From contig CBFFRQ010000075.1 in assembly GCA_965644315.1 (NCBI GenBank), forward strand, positions 51,898 to 115,897: a stretch of 64,000 nt of DNA, read 5' to 3'. The notes below the pieces were generated by a model. That model ran no database searches, was not told the origin of the DNA, and saw nothing but the letters and a program-made list of their open reading frames with translations. Position numbers and translations under genes: made by a program. The stretch comes from Caecitellus pseudoparvulus. Its lineage: Eukaryota > Protista > Bigyra: Bicosoecida. Of this stretch, positions 11,456-24,600 are shown piece after piece. Position 1 is the stretch's first letter; the number at the start of each line of letters is the position of its first letter.

Positions 11456-13066
11456 ATGGCGGAGGAGGATGCCCTGGCCAAGGGCAAGACGTTCTTGACC
11501 GAGACGCGGCTGAAGGAGTGAGGCCAGGCGCACGCGCGCAGCTCGCACACAGGTCTGCACAGGCCTGCCCTGCCCCCCTGCGCAGGACTGATACGAAGGT
11601 GGATCATGGGTCGTTTGACAACATTGTGGCTGGCATCGATGCCGTGCGTGAGGCGCTGCTGGCTGGGTTGTCCTTGGTCGCACGCGGCAGCGTTGGCGTT
11701 TCCCGCGCAGGAGGCCCAATCGACGCTGTTGCTGAAGAAGGAGCAGGACATGCGCATCGTGGATGATGCGCTGGAGTACATGAAGCAGGAGTACCGTGCC
11801 CGCATGGAGGTGAGGGAGCCCGCGACCCGCACCGGCACGCGAGCGAGCCACGTCGCCTTGCCGCCTCCACAGGAGGTGCACGCGAAGGAGGCCCAGCTCG
11901 CCGCTGACAAGAAAGAAATGGAGGCCATGGTGGAGCGATTCAGGGACTTCATCCAGGACAATGACGCCAAGCGCAGCCGTGCGCGCATGAAGCAGGAGGC
12001 TGAGGAGGAGGTGTGCGCCAAGCTGGGGCTGGAGCTGGACGCTCTGGCGGCGCAGTTGGAGGAGCAGCAGGGCTTGCGGGAGAGCCTGGAGGGTGAATTG
12101 GGCCGCTTGGAGCGCTACGCCGCGTACATGGACAGCGTCGTTGCCTTTCGGCACGAGGAGTACGCGGAGACAGCCAGCATCCAGCAGCGGTGGCGCATGC
12201 TGGCTGACTTCCACGACACCAACGCAGTGGCCATCTCAGGCACGCAGCGGGAGGCGGACGAGCTGCGGCAGCAGGTGGTGGAGCTGCGGCAGCGCACAGA
12301 GGACCGCGTGCTGGCGCTGTCCTCCACCGTACAGGGGCACACGGAGCGCTTGACGGCGCTGCAGACGGCTGTGAGCGAGCGGGAGGCTGCCGCCGACGCA
12401 GAGGCAGCGGAGCGGGGGGGCAAGGCCAAAGACAGCCGCATGGTGGTGACCAGCATCCGCAACATGTTCAACCGGTGCAAGGCCACGGCACCCTCCAGCT
12501 TCTCCCTGGCCCTGTCCCCAACCGCCGGGCGGGCAGGTGCACCGCCTCCCACGACGGAGGACAAACTCGTCGCCAACCTGGCCCTCATCTCCAAGCGCCT
12601 GGTGGAGATGCAGCGCCTGGTGGATGACTACCCCGCATGGCAGGCGGCGACGGATCGCGCAGCCGCTGAGCGAGCCGAGGAGCGGCGGCGGGCGGCGCAG
12701 TCTGACGCCCAGGCCCGCGGCAGCCGCAGCAGCACTGGCACCTTGCAGGCGACGCACGGGCGACGAGCGCCTGGGCAGCGCAGCACCACTGCCATGGGCA
12801 GGACGGCATCCCAGGCATCGCTGCAGTCCACGGGGCGCCTGGCACCGGGGCAGGCGGCTGCGTCCACCCGCAGCCCGGCTCGGCGGGGCGTGGGACAGCT
12901 GTCCACTTCCCGCCTGGAAGGGGGGGCGGCAGTGCCCACCAGCCAGCCAGGGGTGTTCACAGTGCACATTGCGGCAGCTGGGGCGGGGGGCCTGTCCCCG
13001 TCAGGGTCTGGATCCCTGTCCGGGAACCTCAGCTCGGCGCACCTGCAGTCCTCCAGCACTCTATAG
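11456..13066 (+). CDS. CCDC42/CFAP73-like (DUF4200) ciliary coiled-coil protein, multi-exon
   Basis: TLLLKKEQDMRIVDDALEYMKQEYRARME|EVHAKE...FRDFIQDNDAKRSRA matches the DUF4200 pattern. In-frame intron at 11810-11872, with further introns at about 11518-11585 and 11644-11710. Confidence 0.75.
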
Positions 13067-13078
13067 GCACGAGCACGT

Positions 13079-14891
13079 TCACGTGTCGTCTCTCTGCTCC
13101 ACCATGTCCATGTGCGAGGTGTACCCTGCCACGATGGGCGCCATGCGGCGCAAGAAGGCCTGTGGCCCTGTGACCGGCGGCAGGAGGAAGGACGCCTCGT
13201 CGTAGCCGTGCACGTCGTAGGCGTACCCCGCCTCCATGTCGGTGACGTCAATGTACAGCGATTCCAACTGCGCCACCACGTCGCCCAGCTCCTCCGCTGC
13301 GCTCAGGCGCCCCAGCAGGTGGCCTGTGAAGTCGACTTGGTCACGCTGCGAGGGGGGCTGTGCGAACCACTCCTGCTGCAGGGAAGCGCGCAGCGTGGGC
13401 CCCTCGCTCTCCACTGCAAACACTGCGCGGTCGTCCAGCACTGCCACGGCCCCGGCCGGCACGTGCAGGGTGGCGTTGGCCTTGGCGTGGCTGGGGCAGC
13501 CCTCGCCCTCCCGCACTGCCTCCGCACAGCGCAGGTGGCTGCCAGGCTGCAGGTGAACGCGCAAGGGCTGTGTGGCCCACAGCAGGGTCAGACTGTGGGG
13601 TGGCAGGTGTGTGACGGGGTCCCACACCCCGTGAGTGCCGTGGTCCATCACCGCCCGCACTGCTGCTGGGGAGGGCGGTGCCGGGGTGCTGGCAGCCTGC
13701 ACGCACTGCTGCAGGACGTCAGCAGACATGGAGTCCATGAGGGGGACTGCATGCAGGTGTTGTTGCCGGGGGGGGGCGGGCTGGGGGTCGCCGTGCTGCC
13801 TGCCAGGCTGCACCCACAGGCCGTGCAGCTCCAGGCGAGGACTGGTGAGTGCCTGCGCCACCACAGGCAGGAGCCACGGATTGATGAGGAGGGCGTCGGA
13901 GATGAAGGGCTGGCGAAGGGGGGCTGGTCCTGGCGGCACGGCGTGTGTGGCGGCGGCTAGGGCCAGCACCGTGCCCTGCGGCAGCACACCCTCCAGCACG
14001 AGGCCGCCACAGACAGCCACGGAGGCCAGGCTGGCGTGCAGTCGAGCGGGAGGCAGACTGCCCACGCCCGGGTTCCGCTCGTCGTCCGGGACGGCGAGCT
14101 GCATGCCGCTTGCCGAGCACAGCCGTCGCACGGCCGCTGCAGTGTACCCACTTCTGAGCAGGGCCAGGGCCTGGTTCGCGGTGGTGCCGGAGAGGGGTGG
14201 CGGGGCTGGGAGAGGGGGTAGGGGGGACCCCCGCGCATCCAGCCGGCTCACAGATGAGGTCAGCCATGCTGGGTCTGCGGCAGGCACTGAGGGCGGCCCT
14301 GGCTCCAAGTACGGCTGCAGCGCCAAGCCTGCCGTCGCGGAGTCAGGCATGCCCAACCCCTGCATGGTGGCCAAACACCCCTGCAAGCCTTCCACAGCTG
14401 CACGGCTGTCGGGTGCAAATGTCCGCGACCGTTTGAATGCCACCAGGGCCTTGCGAAAGGTGCGCTCAGCAGCATCCGCGCTGCCTGATTGTGCCTGCGT
14501 GGCAGGCCACGGGTGCCGGGATGCCACGCAGCGGGGGAGATGTGTCAAGGGCGGCGAAACGCACCATGTCAAGCGCCATGTTCCACTGGCAGATGCCAGT
14601 GGCGTGCCATGCATGGCTATTTGCTGCAATGGAGACAACCGAGGGGCATGTGCTGTGCGTGCCGTTTCGCAACGAAACGCCAGCCGCACCTGGGCTCTGC
14701 CGCAGCGCTTGCCTGAACGACATGAGGGCAGCCTCCATGTGCCCCGCCTCGGCAAACTCTATTCCTTTGGACACATGCTGCCACTTGACGCACTGCACGA
14801 TGGACAGGCAAGCTAGACTGCACAACAGGCCTGCCCACAGCTGCAAGCGAGCCTGCCCACGCCAAGCGGCGGGCCTCCTGAGGTGGCACAT
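13079..14891 (-). CDS. Signal/TM + TPR-like + degenerate PhyH-like (2OG-Fe dioxygenase fold) protein, multi-exon
   Basis: Hydrophobic N-terminus, then KGIEFAEAGHMEAALMSFRQALRQSP (TPR-like). C-terminal part: LLINPWLLPVVAQAL...QHLH...QPGSH...VPAGAVAVLDDRAV. Confidence 0.5.
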
Positions 14892-14992
14892 GTCCCCACA
14901 CCGACTGCCCTTGGGCGAGTGTGTGAACAAGGAGCAAGGGGTGCTCAAGCTGGGGCAGCTCAGCGCCACTGCATTGTGAACATGAGGCACAT

Positions 14993-16418
14993 CTACTTGC
15001 GGAAGGCGAGGGGGTTGGGGTCCGACAGGGCCGCGCCCTCGGTGGGCTCCCCGCCCACCTTGGCGGAGAGGATGGCCCACTGTGCTGGGTCCTCCTTGGC
15101 GCGCTTCAGCATGCCCTCCGTCACGGTGCGTGCAGCCAGGCCGAAGCGCTTGGCGAAGATCTCGTTGTTGCGCTCGATCTCGGCAGCCTCCACGGCGGGG
15201 TCGGCCTTGGGCGGGTTCTTCTTGATGCTCTCGAAGGCAGCGGCAAAGGCCTTCTCGGTGGCGTTGCCGGTCACGGGGGCACCGTCCGCCTTGAGGGCGG
15301 CGATGGCGTCGGCAATGGTCGCCTGCTGCAGCGCCTTGTCGCCTTCGATCTTGGCCTCAGCCTGGCGGTGGGCCAGGACGGCGGCCACGTCGGCGCTGTC
15401 GGCAGCAGAGCTGCCCTTCAGGGCTGTCAAGTACTCCAGCATGTCCACCATGCGGTTGGTCTCGGCAGTCTTGATGGCCACGGACTTGGCCTCCGCCTCC
15501 TTGGCGCGCAGGGCACGCTCGCCGGCGTTCAGGTGGGCTGCCAGCTGGGGCGCATCCTGCACCTTGGAGTACGCCACCATGGCCTCGTCGATGGCCTGGA
15601 AGTACTCCGCCTCGGCCTTGAACAGGGCGCTGCGAGGGGGGCAGGGCGGAAGGCAGCGGTGCGGCGCTCAGCGCCAGCGCGCCAGTGGCAGGGTGCACGC
15701 ACTCCTTGGCCTCCACGACGTCTTCGCTCAGCATCTTGCGGATGGCAGGGCCAAGGTTCACAACTCCCATGCCCAGGGTCGCCAGGGCGATGCCTGCCAG
15801 CTCAACGTGGTAGTCCATGAAGACGACCTGGGAGAGGGGCAGCGGAAATGGCAGTGCAGGGGGAGGAGCGGAGTAGCACGACACAGCGCCGCGCAAGGAG
15901 GCAGGCAGCCGACATGGCCGCGAGACCTCTCTGTTGGCAAGAGGACCATGCTGCTAGGGGGCGGGAGACTCGCCAGGCTGGCGCGGCAGAGTGCCTCCGC
16001 CAACCAGCAGCGGAGGTTGCGCACCACGCACATCGTAGGCGAAGACTGGGAAGCCCACTGCCAGCGCCATGGGCAGGGCCGTGCGCCAGTCGTTGAGGAT
16101 GCCGTAGATGAAGCCGGTCTTCTCCACGTCAGCGGGGTCCAGCTTGACGTGGTAGTACTTGTAGGGAGCAGGCAGGTCCTCCCACTCCTTCCACTCAGCG
16201 GGGTTGTCAGCGTTCACGATGGTGCCAGTGGCTCCGCCGAAGCCAGTGTGCTTCCACTCCCGCCTGTAGCTGGGGGCGAACAGGGGCGCGTTGCGGTCAA
16301 TGCCCAGGGGGGACAGGTCCTGGATCTTGTCGCTGTCACTGGACATGGCAGCGCTCATGTGGAGGGAGCGGCGAGCCGCCGCGGCGGCAGGCCTGCTCAG
16401 CGCAACACGGGCCAGCAT
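14993..16418 (-). CDS. Mitochondrial ATP synthase peripheral stalk subunit b (ATP4/ATP5PB-like), 2 introns
   Basis: Mitochondrial presequence MLARVALSRPAAAAARRSLH, two hydrophobic segments (DWRTALPMALAVGFP; ELAGIALATLGMGVV), then a long Ala/Lys/Glu helical stalk. Strong codon bias. Confidence 0.7.
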
Positions 16419-16776
16419 GGTGGTCAGGCACGGTACGCGGCCAGCAGTCGGCTGCATGCAAGGGTTCGTGCAGGGAGCACGTGGGCATGGTCAGGGGCCG
16501 TGGGGAATGTGCGCCGAGCCCTGCAATGATGAGAGCACAGACCAAGTTCCGCTCGCACCTCAGGCAGAGCTCAGCGCACGCGGGACCAGTCTACCACCTG
16601 CCCCACAATGCAACAGGCGGAGCCCTAACAGTTTTGTTTGCTTTGGTGCTCTTCCCCGCGACAGCAGACGACGATAATCCCTCCGGGCTCTGGCGCTTTG
16701 CTGGAGGTGGCTGCCGAATTCCGCAGCGAGGTCAAGCTGTGCGCTGCCTGGCACGCCACACGCCTTTGCAGACGCG

Positions 16777-17734
16777 ATGCCCGCCACGCTGGGACCCAGG
16801 CGCCACCATGAGAAGGTCATTTTGAACGGTGTGTCTTGCAACGCTGCGCCGAACGCTGGCCAGAGAGGCGCGAGCAGCTGTGGGCGTTTCGCCGACGTTG
16901 CCACCACGCCACTTCACCCACTGCACCACCCGCAGTGTATGACTTGGGCAACAGTAACGAGTACCTGTACCCCATTGGATTGGGGACGTACCACAGTGGC
17001 GTGCAGGTGAGGTGTCACGAGGCGGGCGGTGCAGGCGGCGTGCTCGACACACGCACACGTTGCGAGAAACGCAGGTGCACGGGAAGGAGTGGACCTTTGC
17101 CTCTCAAGCAGGCGTGTTCAACCACGCCCCGAAAGGCGCCCAGGGCGCCGTCTTCAGACAAAGCATCGTGCTGGGCACAACGCAGATGTCCAGCTCGGAG
17201 GTGGCTTCCCTCGTCGCCACCATGCGGCCGGACTGGCCTGGCAAGCAGTACCACGTCATTCGCAAGAACTGCAACAGCTTCGCCTCTGCGCTGTCCAAGC
17301 AGATCCTGGGCACCGACATCCCAGCCTGGGTCAACCGCATGGCAGACCTGGGCAACATGTGCAGCTGCCTCATCCCCGACGACGTGGGGGGGCAGGCGCC
17401 CGTGGATGCCGGCGGGCCAGGCGCAGCGCCGGCCGCGGCCAATCGCGGGTTCCAGACCATCGCACCCAGGCGTGGCGGCCTGTCAGGCAGTGCCTCCACG
17501 TCAGCCTCCAAGCCAGCAGCGAAAGCCTTCGCAGGGGGCGGGGCCCGCCTGGGTGGCGGCGGGAGCAGCGGCGGCAGTGGCGGTGGCTGGGCGGCCAGCA
17601 CCAGTCTGTGGGGGGGTGGGGACCAGGCGAGCGCCACATCCCAGGACAAGCCCAGTGCTGCAGAGGTGGCCTCTCGCCGGGAGCGCCTGCGTGCCGCTGC
17701 CCTGGCGCGCATGGGCGGGGACAGTGACTCCTGA
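16777..17734 (+). CDS. DESI2: PPPDE/DeSI-family deSUMOylating/deubiquitinating peptidase; introns 16829-16935 and 17007-17074
   Basis: Spliced VILNVYDL...GTYHSGVQVHGKEWTF, catalytic YHVIRKNCNSF, and IPAWVNRMA. Confidence 0.88.
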
Positions 17735-17759
17735 CGCACCTGCCTCCCCGCATGCATTG

Positions 17760-19452
17760 CTACTCCACGCCCAGGTCCCGCAATGCAGCCCACGCGACGT
17801 CTGTGCAGTTTTCGTGCGCCGCCCTGGCTGCCCGCAACAGGGCCTCCGCACCCTCCTCCAGGATCACCCCCCGCAGCGCCTCCTTGTTGCGTGAGACGAG
17901 GTTGCGCAGGCAGAGACAGCACTGGCGCTGCACGCCCGGTGCTGTCGGGTGGCTGCGCATGGCGTCCACGACGTACGGGATGGCATCCTTGTCTGCGATG
18001 GCCAGGGCGTTCTCGGGGATGCGCAGGGAGACGACGGAGAGGGCGGCCAGGGCCTGCTCCAGGACCCCCACGTCCCCCGCGAAGCCTTGCAGGCCCGCCA
18101 TGAGCACGTTCAGGGCCGCTGCGTCCCCTGCACACACGGCGCGCTTGACGTGGTCGCTGTGCGCCAGCTTGCGCAGGGCGCCACAGGCCCCCTTCACGAT
18201 GGGCGCCGCCTTGGGCCATGCCTTCACCGCCTCCACCAGCAGCCCCAGCACGCCCCGGTCCGTGAACTTCACACAGGTGGAGTCGTTCACGGCCAGCACC
18301 CGGATGAGGTGCATGGCGTCCATGAGGGCGGCGGGGGGCGCATCAGCCATGCCCACTGCCAGCCCGCTGCGCATGATGCTGCCCGCCACGAACAGCACGT
18401 CCCCCGTCTTGCTGCCCGTCAGCTCCCGGGCGAAGTCGAAGGCCTTGCTCACTTGCGCCGACGAGTCGTCCCCTGACACCACTGCCCTCAGCAAGTTCAC
18501 CTGCGCATGCAGCAGGGTCCCCGTCACATCCCCCAGCGTGCTCACGGCACTGCCCAGATCTGCACCCGAGCTAGCCGGCACTGCCGCCCCCTCCACCGCC
18601 GCGCAGGCGCTGTCCAAGGTGGCACTGAACAGCCCGCTGCTGTGCACTGTTCGCTTGTGTGGCTCAGTGCGCGTGCAGAAGACGACCAGGCTCGTGTGCA
18701 GGAGGCTGTGCGGTGCGAGGGATCAGTGCGGGTCGGTGCGGCGGCAGCACGGGTGCGCGACGCACAGGTTGGTTTCTTCAGGCAAGCCTCCCCCCAGGAT
18801 GGCGTCGCAAGCCTGCACCACCACATCCTCAGGCAGGGCAGCACGCCCAGAGTCTGCGTGGAAGGGGGGCTCGCACTGTGCCAGCACAGCTCAGGCGCTG
18901 CTCGACGCGAAACGCACTGTTCCCGTCGCAAACGGAGCGCATGGTCTTGTAAGCTAGTTTCGTGAGGTGGGAGTCCATGGGGGCGGCGTTGGCGAGCGCC
19001 CAAATGGCCGGCAACGCTCCACTGGCCGAGGCCAGCGTCTTGGCCTCCTTGTCACCCTGCACGAGGTCCAGCAGGCTCTGCAGGGGGGCTGGCACGCCCC
19101 CTTCGCTGCTGGCTGCTGCAGCGGAGGGGCCTCCTTCAGCAGGCTCCTCCCGAGCCGCTTGGATGAGGGCTTTGGTGGCGGCGATGACAGGGTGCTCAAC
19201 CGTCACCCGATCTTCCTTGCGGACGTCCTTGATGATGTTGCTCAAGTTCACACCGACAGCTTCAAACTGCGTAATGGCGTCAGCCACTGCATCTTCCCAT
19301 GACATCTCAAAGTCCACGATGTTCTCCTCCACAACCTGTGCTCCCATGTGGCGGTGCGTGCCACTCGCGTGTTGCTCCAGCACGTGCGGAAATCGACACA
19401 CCTCGTCAAAGGTCTCCTGCGAAATGCGCTTCTCCCCGGGGAGAGATGCCAT
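17760..19452 (-). CDS. ARMC6: Armadillo repeat-containing protein 6, multi-exon
   Basis: KRISQETFDE|VVEENIVDFEM...AITQFEAVGVNLSNI after removing intron 19336-19401. C-terminal CLRNLVSRN...AALRDLG. Confidence 0.85.
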
Positions 19453-20120
19453 GGTGTCCAGATACTGCTCGTCGCCAGACTTGGGCCAGGTGTCGCACTC
19501 GTTTCTCTGTGCACCAAGCCTCGTGCAACTTTCGACAAAGCACCCGCACGTCCGTTGGCAGCTCAACGCCAAATGAATGCGCTTGCCCCCGTGGTTCCGG
19601 CGCCTCAGCAGGAGCGTGGAGAGTGATTCGAGGGATCAAACAATGTGAAGCGGTTCAAAAATGTGACGTAGAACGATTTCTGTTGAATGTTTTGCTTTTT
19701 GTGTCTTGGACTGGCTTTCTTGAGGTGACTGAGTAAATCACCACAGATCAAGCCTTTGGGATTACTCAAGGCAAAGAGCAACACCAGCCTTACAATTCAC
19801 AGTAAAAGTGCCGTGCTTTCCCGTGCCAATGGGTAACGTTGTATTTTCCACTCCACCAAGGTCTCTGACCGGAAAGAGCAACACACTGCAACACTGAGCA
19901 GTGCCCACTGCCCCTGGCAGTCAAGCACTCTGCGCCAGGCTGCGAATATGGCTCTGTACACGCTAGACCTGCACCGCAAACGCACACAGGACAATGTGGA
20001 GCGGTACGAAATTGAAGCGAAAAGGGAGCAAATGTACAACCCAGCTCCGGACCCACGGCAGCTGCTGCGCACGTATGGCCAGTCCAAGTGAGTCACAGCG
20101 GAAATTGGTATGGCTGCCCC

Positions 20121-21659
20121 ATGGGGCGTTGTTCAGCCCATCACTCTCAGGAAGACAAACCTCGATCGCGCAGGGCCTCCATGATCGCCAAGGCAAGGCT
20201 GAGGCAGCGAGTACGGGCACTACGCGATGCTGGCGAAGGGGACGGATTCGAGTCGCTGTTTGGCAGCATGCCAGGCGATGGACCTGTGGAGGCCAGTGCC
20301 TCCCTTACGCAGCAGCAGCTCGATCTGCAGCAGCAATGGGAGGCTGCTGTTTCATCAGTGGTGAGAAAAGACAGAGGCCGGAGCGACATGCCCGCCCGTC
20401 GTGACGCTTCGCGACAGGTGGGCGGCGAGGTGGACGGGTTCTCACCCACGCGCAGGCACGCAAAGACTGCCTTGCGCATGAAAGGGCGGCCTGCAACGGG
20501 CCCAGGCGAATCCCACGGGGAGACACTTACCCGTCGAATGGCACATCAAGCGCTGCATGGCTCTGCATACCCCGGGAGCTTTGAGTACACAGCCGCATCG
20601 CACAGTTTCAGGGACCGTGACCCTGCGCGAGAGCTAGGCCCAGGCAGGATGCGAGGCGGGACCCATGTAGAACGGAAGGATGCTGGAGATGCAGGACAGT
20701 GCCATGCATGGAGTTGCGAGAGTGGTGCTTGGCAGCGTATGGCAGGTCCAACCCACGCGAGCTTTGGCGACGCGGCTCTGGGCGATCCGTATATTCCTCG
20801 CTTGGAGCCAGGTGCCAGTGTGCCAACAAGCAGAGCCAAGCAAGAAGGGTTGAAGCACCCACACAGGGGTCGTGTTGCCCTGGAGTCCCGCCAGAGCTTG
20901 GTTTGGCAGGACACAGTGTCACCCTGGACCAACGGCCACACTCCTCTGCTCCGGGAGCGGCACGCGGTGGGTACAGCTCGAGCAGCAGCAGAGCGCGTTC
21001 GACAGCGCAAGGCTCTGCTGCAACAGTGGGATGCGGCGCGAAGGTCTGGGTGCGTGACTGATGAGGTGTCTCGCGGTGCGCTGCTGAAGGTTCACGCGCA
21101 AGGGAGACAGCTGCACGCGTCGTTGCTGAAGCGGCGACGAACCAAGCTGCAGCCACAGAACGGCTCCACTGCATTCTCTTTCTTCGGGTCCACGAGGCCA
21201 GCGGCTAGCCTGGGACTGCCCCAGGAAACGCAGCAAGAGGCCAGGTTGCCGTCAAGTAAGAGCACAGCCGAGCTAGGTGCTGCCCGTGCACCGCTCACCC
21301 TGACTCGGTTCAGACAAGAGACCCAGCAGCTCGCCCCCCCTGCAACGCCAGTGCGGAACCATTACGCAAAACTGCGCACCAAAGCAGCCATGTCTGGGGT
21401 CGAAGGCTCTGCTACGTCGCAGCAGGCCATCACGGCGATGGCTCCTGCACGGCACTTCAACACCTTCACGAAGCGGGATTGCTGCTGGGCCCGGCAAGTG
21501 GAGACCCGGCAAGACCGCTTCCTGCAAAAGGTACGCAAGGACGTCGCCAAGCTACGCAGCAGAAGTGCGGGGTCGAGCCAAGGGCTCAGCCTTCATGGGC
21601 TGCACCGCTCGATGACGCCGGGCCAAGCAGGCGATCAACGGAGTACGCATGCTTTGTGA
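20121..21659 (+). CDS. Hypothetical basic protein (about 510 aa)
   Basis: Long ORF with no recognisable domain. Its 3' end overlaps the convergent gene by 74 nt. Confidence 0.5.
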   Translation: MGRCSAHHSQEDKPRSRRASMIAKARLRQRVRALRDAGEGDGFESLFGSMPGDGPVEASASLTQQQLDLQQQWEAAVSSVVRKDRGRSDMPARRDASRQVGGEVDGFSPTRRHAKTALRMKGRPATGPGESHGETLTRRMAHQALHGSAYPGSFEYTAASHSFRDRDPARELGPGRMRGGTHVERKDAGDAGQCHAWSCESGAWQRMAGPTHASFGDAALGDPYIPRLEPGASVPTSRAKQEGLKHPHRGRVALESRQSLVWQDTVSPWTNGHTPLLRERHAVGTARAAAERVRQRKALLQQWDAARRSGCVTDEVSRGALLKVHAQGRQLHASLLKRRRTKLQPQNGSTAFSFFGSTRPAASLGLPQETQQEARLPSSKSTAELGAARAPLTLTRFRQETQQLAPPATPVRNHYAKLRTKAAMSGVEGSATSQQAITAMAPARHFNTFTKRDCCWARQVETRQDRFLQKVRKDVAKLRSRSAGSSQGLSLHGLHRSMTPGQAGDQRSTHAL

Positions 21660-24600
21660 GAGAGAACTCGTCTTGCAGGGCCTCTTGCAAGGCCTGTGGG
21701 AGCTGAAGCCAGTCTTCCGAGGTGCTGAGCTGGGCAAAGTTGCGCAGGACGACGGCCATGGCCGCTGCGCGCAGCCCGCCACAGTGCAGCATGTCGGCGC
21801 GCTGCAGGATGCCCAGGCAGTTCTCCACGTCCAGGTATGCGGCAATGGCGGTCTCGCACTGCCGCGTCAGCCGCGGCAGGTTCAAGACCGATGCCATGTG
21901 CATGAGGTCGAAGGTGAGGGCTGGGTCCATGTCGTGGAAGGGCACTTGCCCAGTGTATATGAAGCTCAGCAGCGGCCTGCCCACCGCCACCTCGCAGTCC
22001 AGAGCAAGGACGCCCGATAGGTCTTCGCCGTAGGTCTCAGAGAACATGAGTGCAAAGTAGGACGACGTGGCTGCCAGCATCCAGCTGTGAGCCGGGAGAC
22101 GCCCATCCGCCAAGGCCAGCACCACATCGCCTGTGTCCACGGCGCTGTCCAGCAACGCCTGCATGTCTTCGAGGCGCTTGGAAGAAGGCAGAAGCGAAAC
22201 CAGCTGCTCGTCTCCTGCGAGCCCCGCCGAGTTGGCCACCGAAACTCTCGGCGCAAACACCATCCCATGCTGGAAGGGCAGGCGGCTCAACGCGGCTTCT
22301 TCTCCAGGCTGCATGTCTCGCCATGCCTCCTTCACCAGCGCCAGAGCTCTCGAGTCGGCCCAAAACTGACTTGACTCAGGCAGGGCTCCGGCTACAGCGG
22401 CATCTGCAAAGGCCAGCATGGACTCTGCGAGGCGTGGCGCAGAGCGGGCCCCCGCCTTCGAGCTGATGGCTCCCACGAAGGCCTGCAGCAGGGTCGGAAC
22501 CCAGCGGCTTCGCCGTGTCAGCGCAATCTCGTACACATTTCCATCCGCCTCAACTCCTTGAGTCTGTATCTGGGTAGCACGCGTGCTGATGCCACCGAAA
22601 ATCACAAGCTGTGAGCCGCGTTCCCATGCGCGCTGAGCATGCGCCTCCCTCCAGCCGTCGCCAAGTGCTGCCGAGACGTGGTCCAGCACGCTATCCTGCC
22701 ACTTCATGACCTGTGACATGGGGCCGAACGCCTCACTGCAGGGGTCCATGTCAGAGACCAGAGGCAGCTCGGCATCTGGGACACTCCTCCCAAGCTTCGA
22801 CATGCCGCCCAAGTCGTCGCCGAACACAGCCGAGTACGCAGCAAACCACTCGGGGCAACACAGCACGAGGGGTGAGACAGCAATGGCAGCATGCATGGAC
22901 CTGGCGCACATGGGCACTCCTGCTTCAGGGTTCACCTGCTCGTGTTCTGCCGGTTGGCCAGGTCGCAGGTCCGTGCCCACTTGCTCCTTCCTGCTCATGA
23001 ACGGCGAACCGGGGTCCCGCAGGGTCTGGGGGATGCCCAACGTGGCGACTTGGTTCCACACGCCAGTGATGTCGTACCGCTGCGTGCCAGGGCGGTGCAT
23101 GGCAGCCAAGTGCAGTGTCAGCACGGACTGGCACGGACCGTGTGGGGTGTGGCCGCCCACAATCACGATGGTGCCCTTGCGTGTTGCAGAGGCAGTGTGT
23201 CCGTACCGTGGCTGCGGAGTAGTTCCAAGCGAGGCCACAGGTTTCCATTCCCACACGTCTTGGGAGTGCACTCCACCAGCAGGTATGCACAGGCAGTGCA
23301 CTGCGCTGTGGATGGTGTGAGAGTACCCGCCAAACACGACCAGATGGTGTCCGTCAGCACTGCCGTCCATGTGGGGCACGAAGGTTGCGGTGTGGTCTAC
23401 GACAGGGCCTGGGTCGTCCCCGTACACATTCGGGCGTACCCAGGCGGCCGTGTGTGTCACGTCTTCGGAGCCGTCTCTGAAGCGGCGCAGTGTCGTGCGC
23501 ACGTCCAACACACGAAAGCTGTCCACAATCACCCGGCGCTCTGCAAACCCACCATAGAACACTATCGTGCTGTCTGAGCCCCACTCGTCCCTGCCTTGTC
23601 CAGAGGGCGCGTGCCCCGCTCCAGTCGCTGTGCCTGAGGTAGGCCCAAAGGCTGGAAGGGGCGGCCGCTTGTTCACGCTCACCAACGTCATGCTGGCCCC
23701 CTGCCACTTGGCAGTCGAAGGGTAGTCCACTTGCTGGGAGGGCACGATGCCAGTCAGTCGGGACATGGTGAGGGGCGGCACGCGAGGCTGCACCTGCACC
23801 CACTGCATGACAGCCGTGTCCAGGATCCACACCTGGCCCCCGCGCTGCCGTCCACTGAAGCCAAACTGCACCACAAAACGGTGGCCGAGCATGCTGCCAC
23901 TGCCATCAGCATCCAGCGCCGCGTCGATGGCTTCAAAGGGCGCCGGGGACCCGGCATGCCCCATTCGGCTGGCCAGTGCTGGTGCGCTGCCGAGGGCGCT
24001 GCACACCTCGGAGGGCGGCACAGCTGCCAGGTAGCCCCCGTTGGGGTGTGGCGTGTCAGGCGCGATGGCCAGTGGCGCAATGTTGGTGTGGGCCAGGGTG
24101 GGAGAGATGGCGCCTGTGCAGTTCACCGGGCGGAACGTGCGGGTGCGGACGTCGTACAGGACGGGGGTCAGGTTGGAGTGGTTGCGGTGCTGAGAGCCTT
24201 CGCCACCGACGTGCAGGACAAGCGCAGGTGCGATGAGCAAGGCTTGCGCTCGAGGCCAGCGGGGCAGTTGCCCTGGCTCGGAAGAGATCGCCTTGGCTGC
24301 CAAAGCTGAGGCCAAGCGCCAGGGCAAGGCTTGCTTTCTTGGCTCGGCAGGGCACTCTGATTCATCCAGGAGAATGTCAAGGAGGCTGCTGAATGCCCGT
24401 TGCACCTCGCTTGGCGCGGTACCAAAGCCAGGCAAAGCCGTTGCGATGGTGTCTGGAACTGTTGCAAGAGGAAGGCATCGTGCCAGCTGCCTGACATTGG
24501 GAAGGCGGTCTGCGATGAACAGCTGGGGCATGGGCATGGGCTCAAAGGCAAAGGCGTGCTGGGTGGCAAGGGGGTCATGTGGAAGGGTGGTACATAAGAG

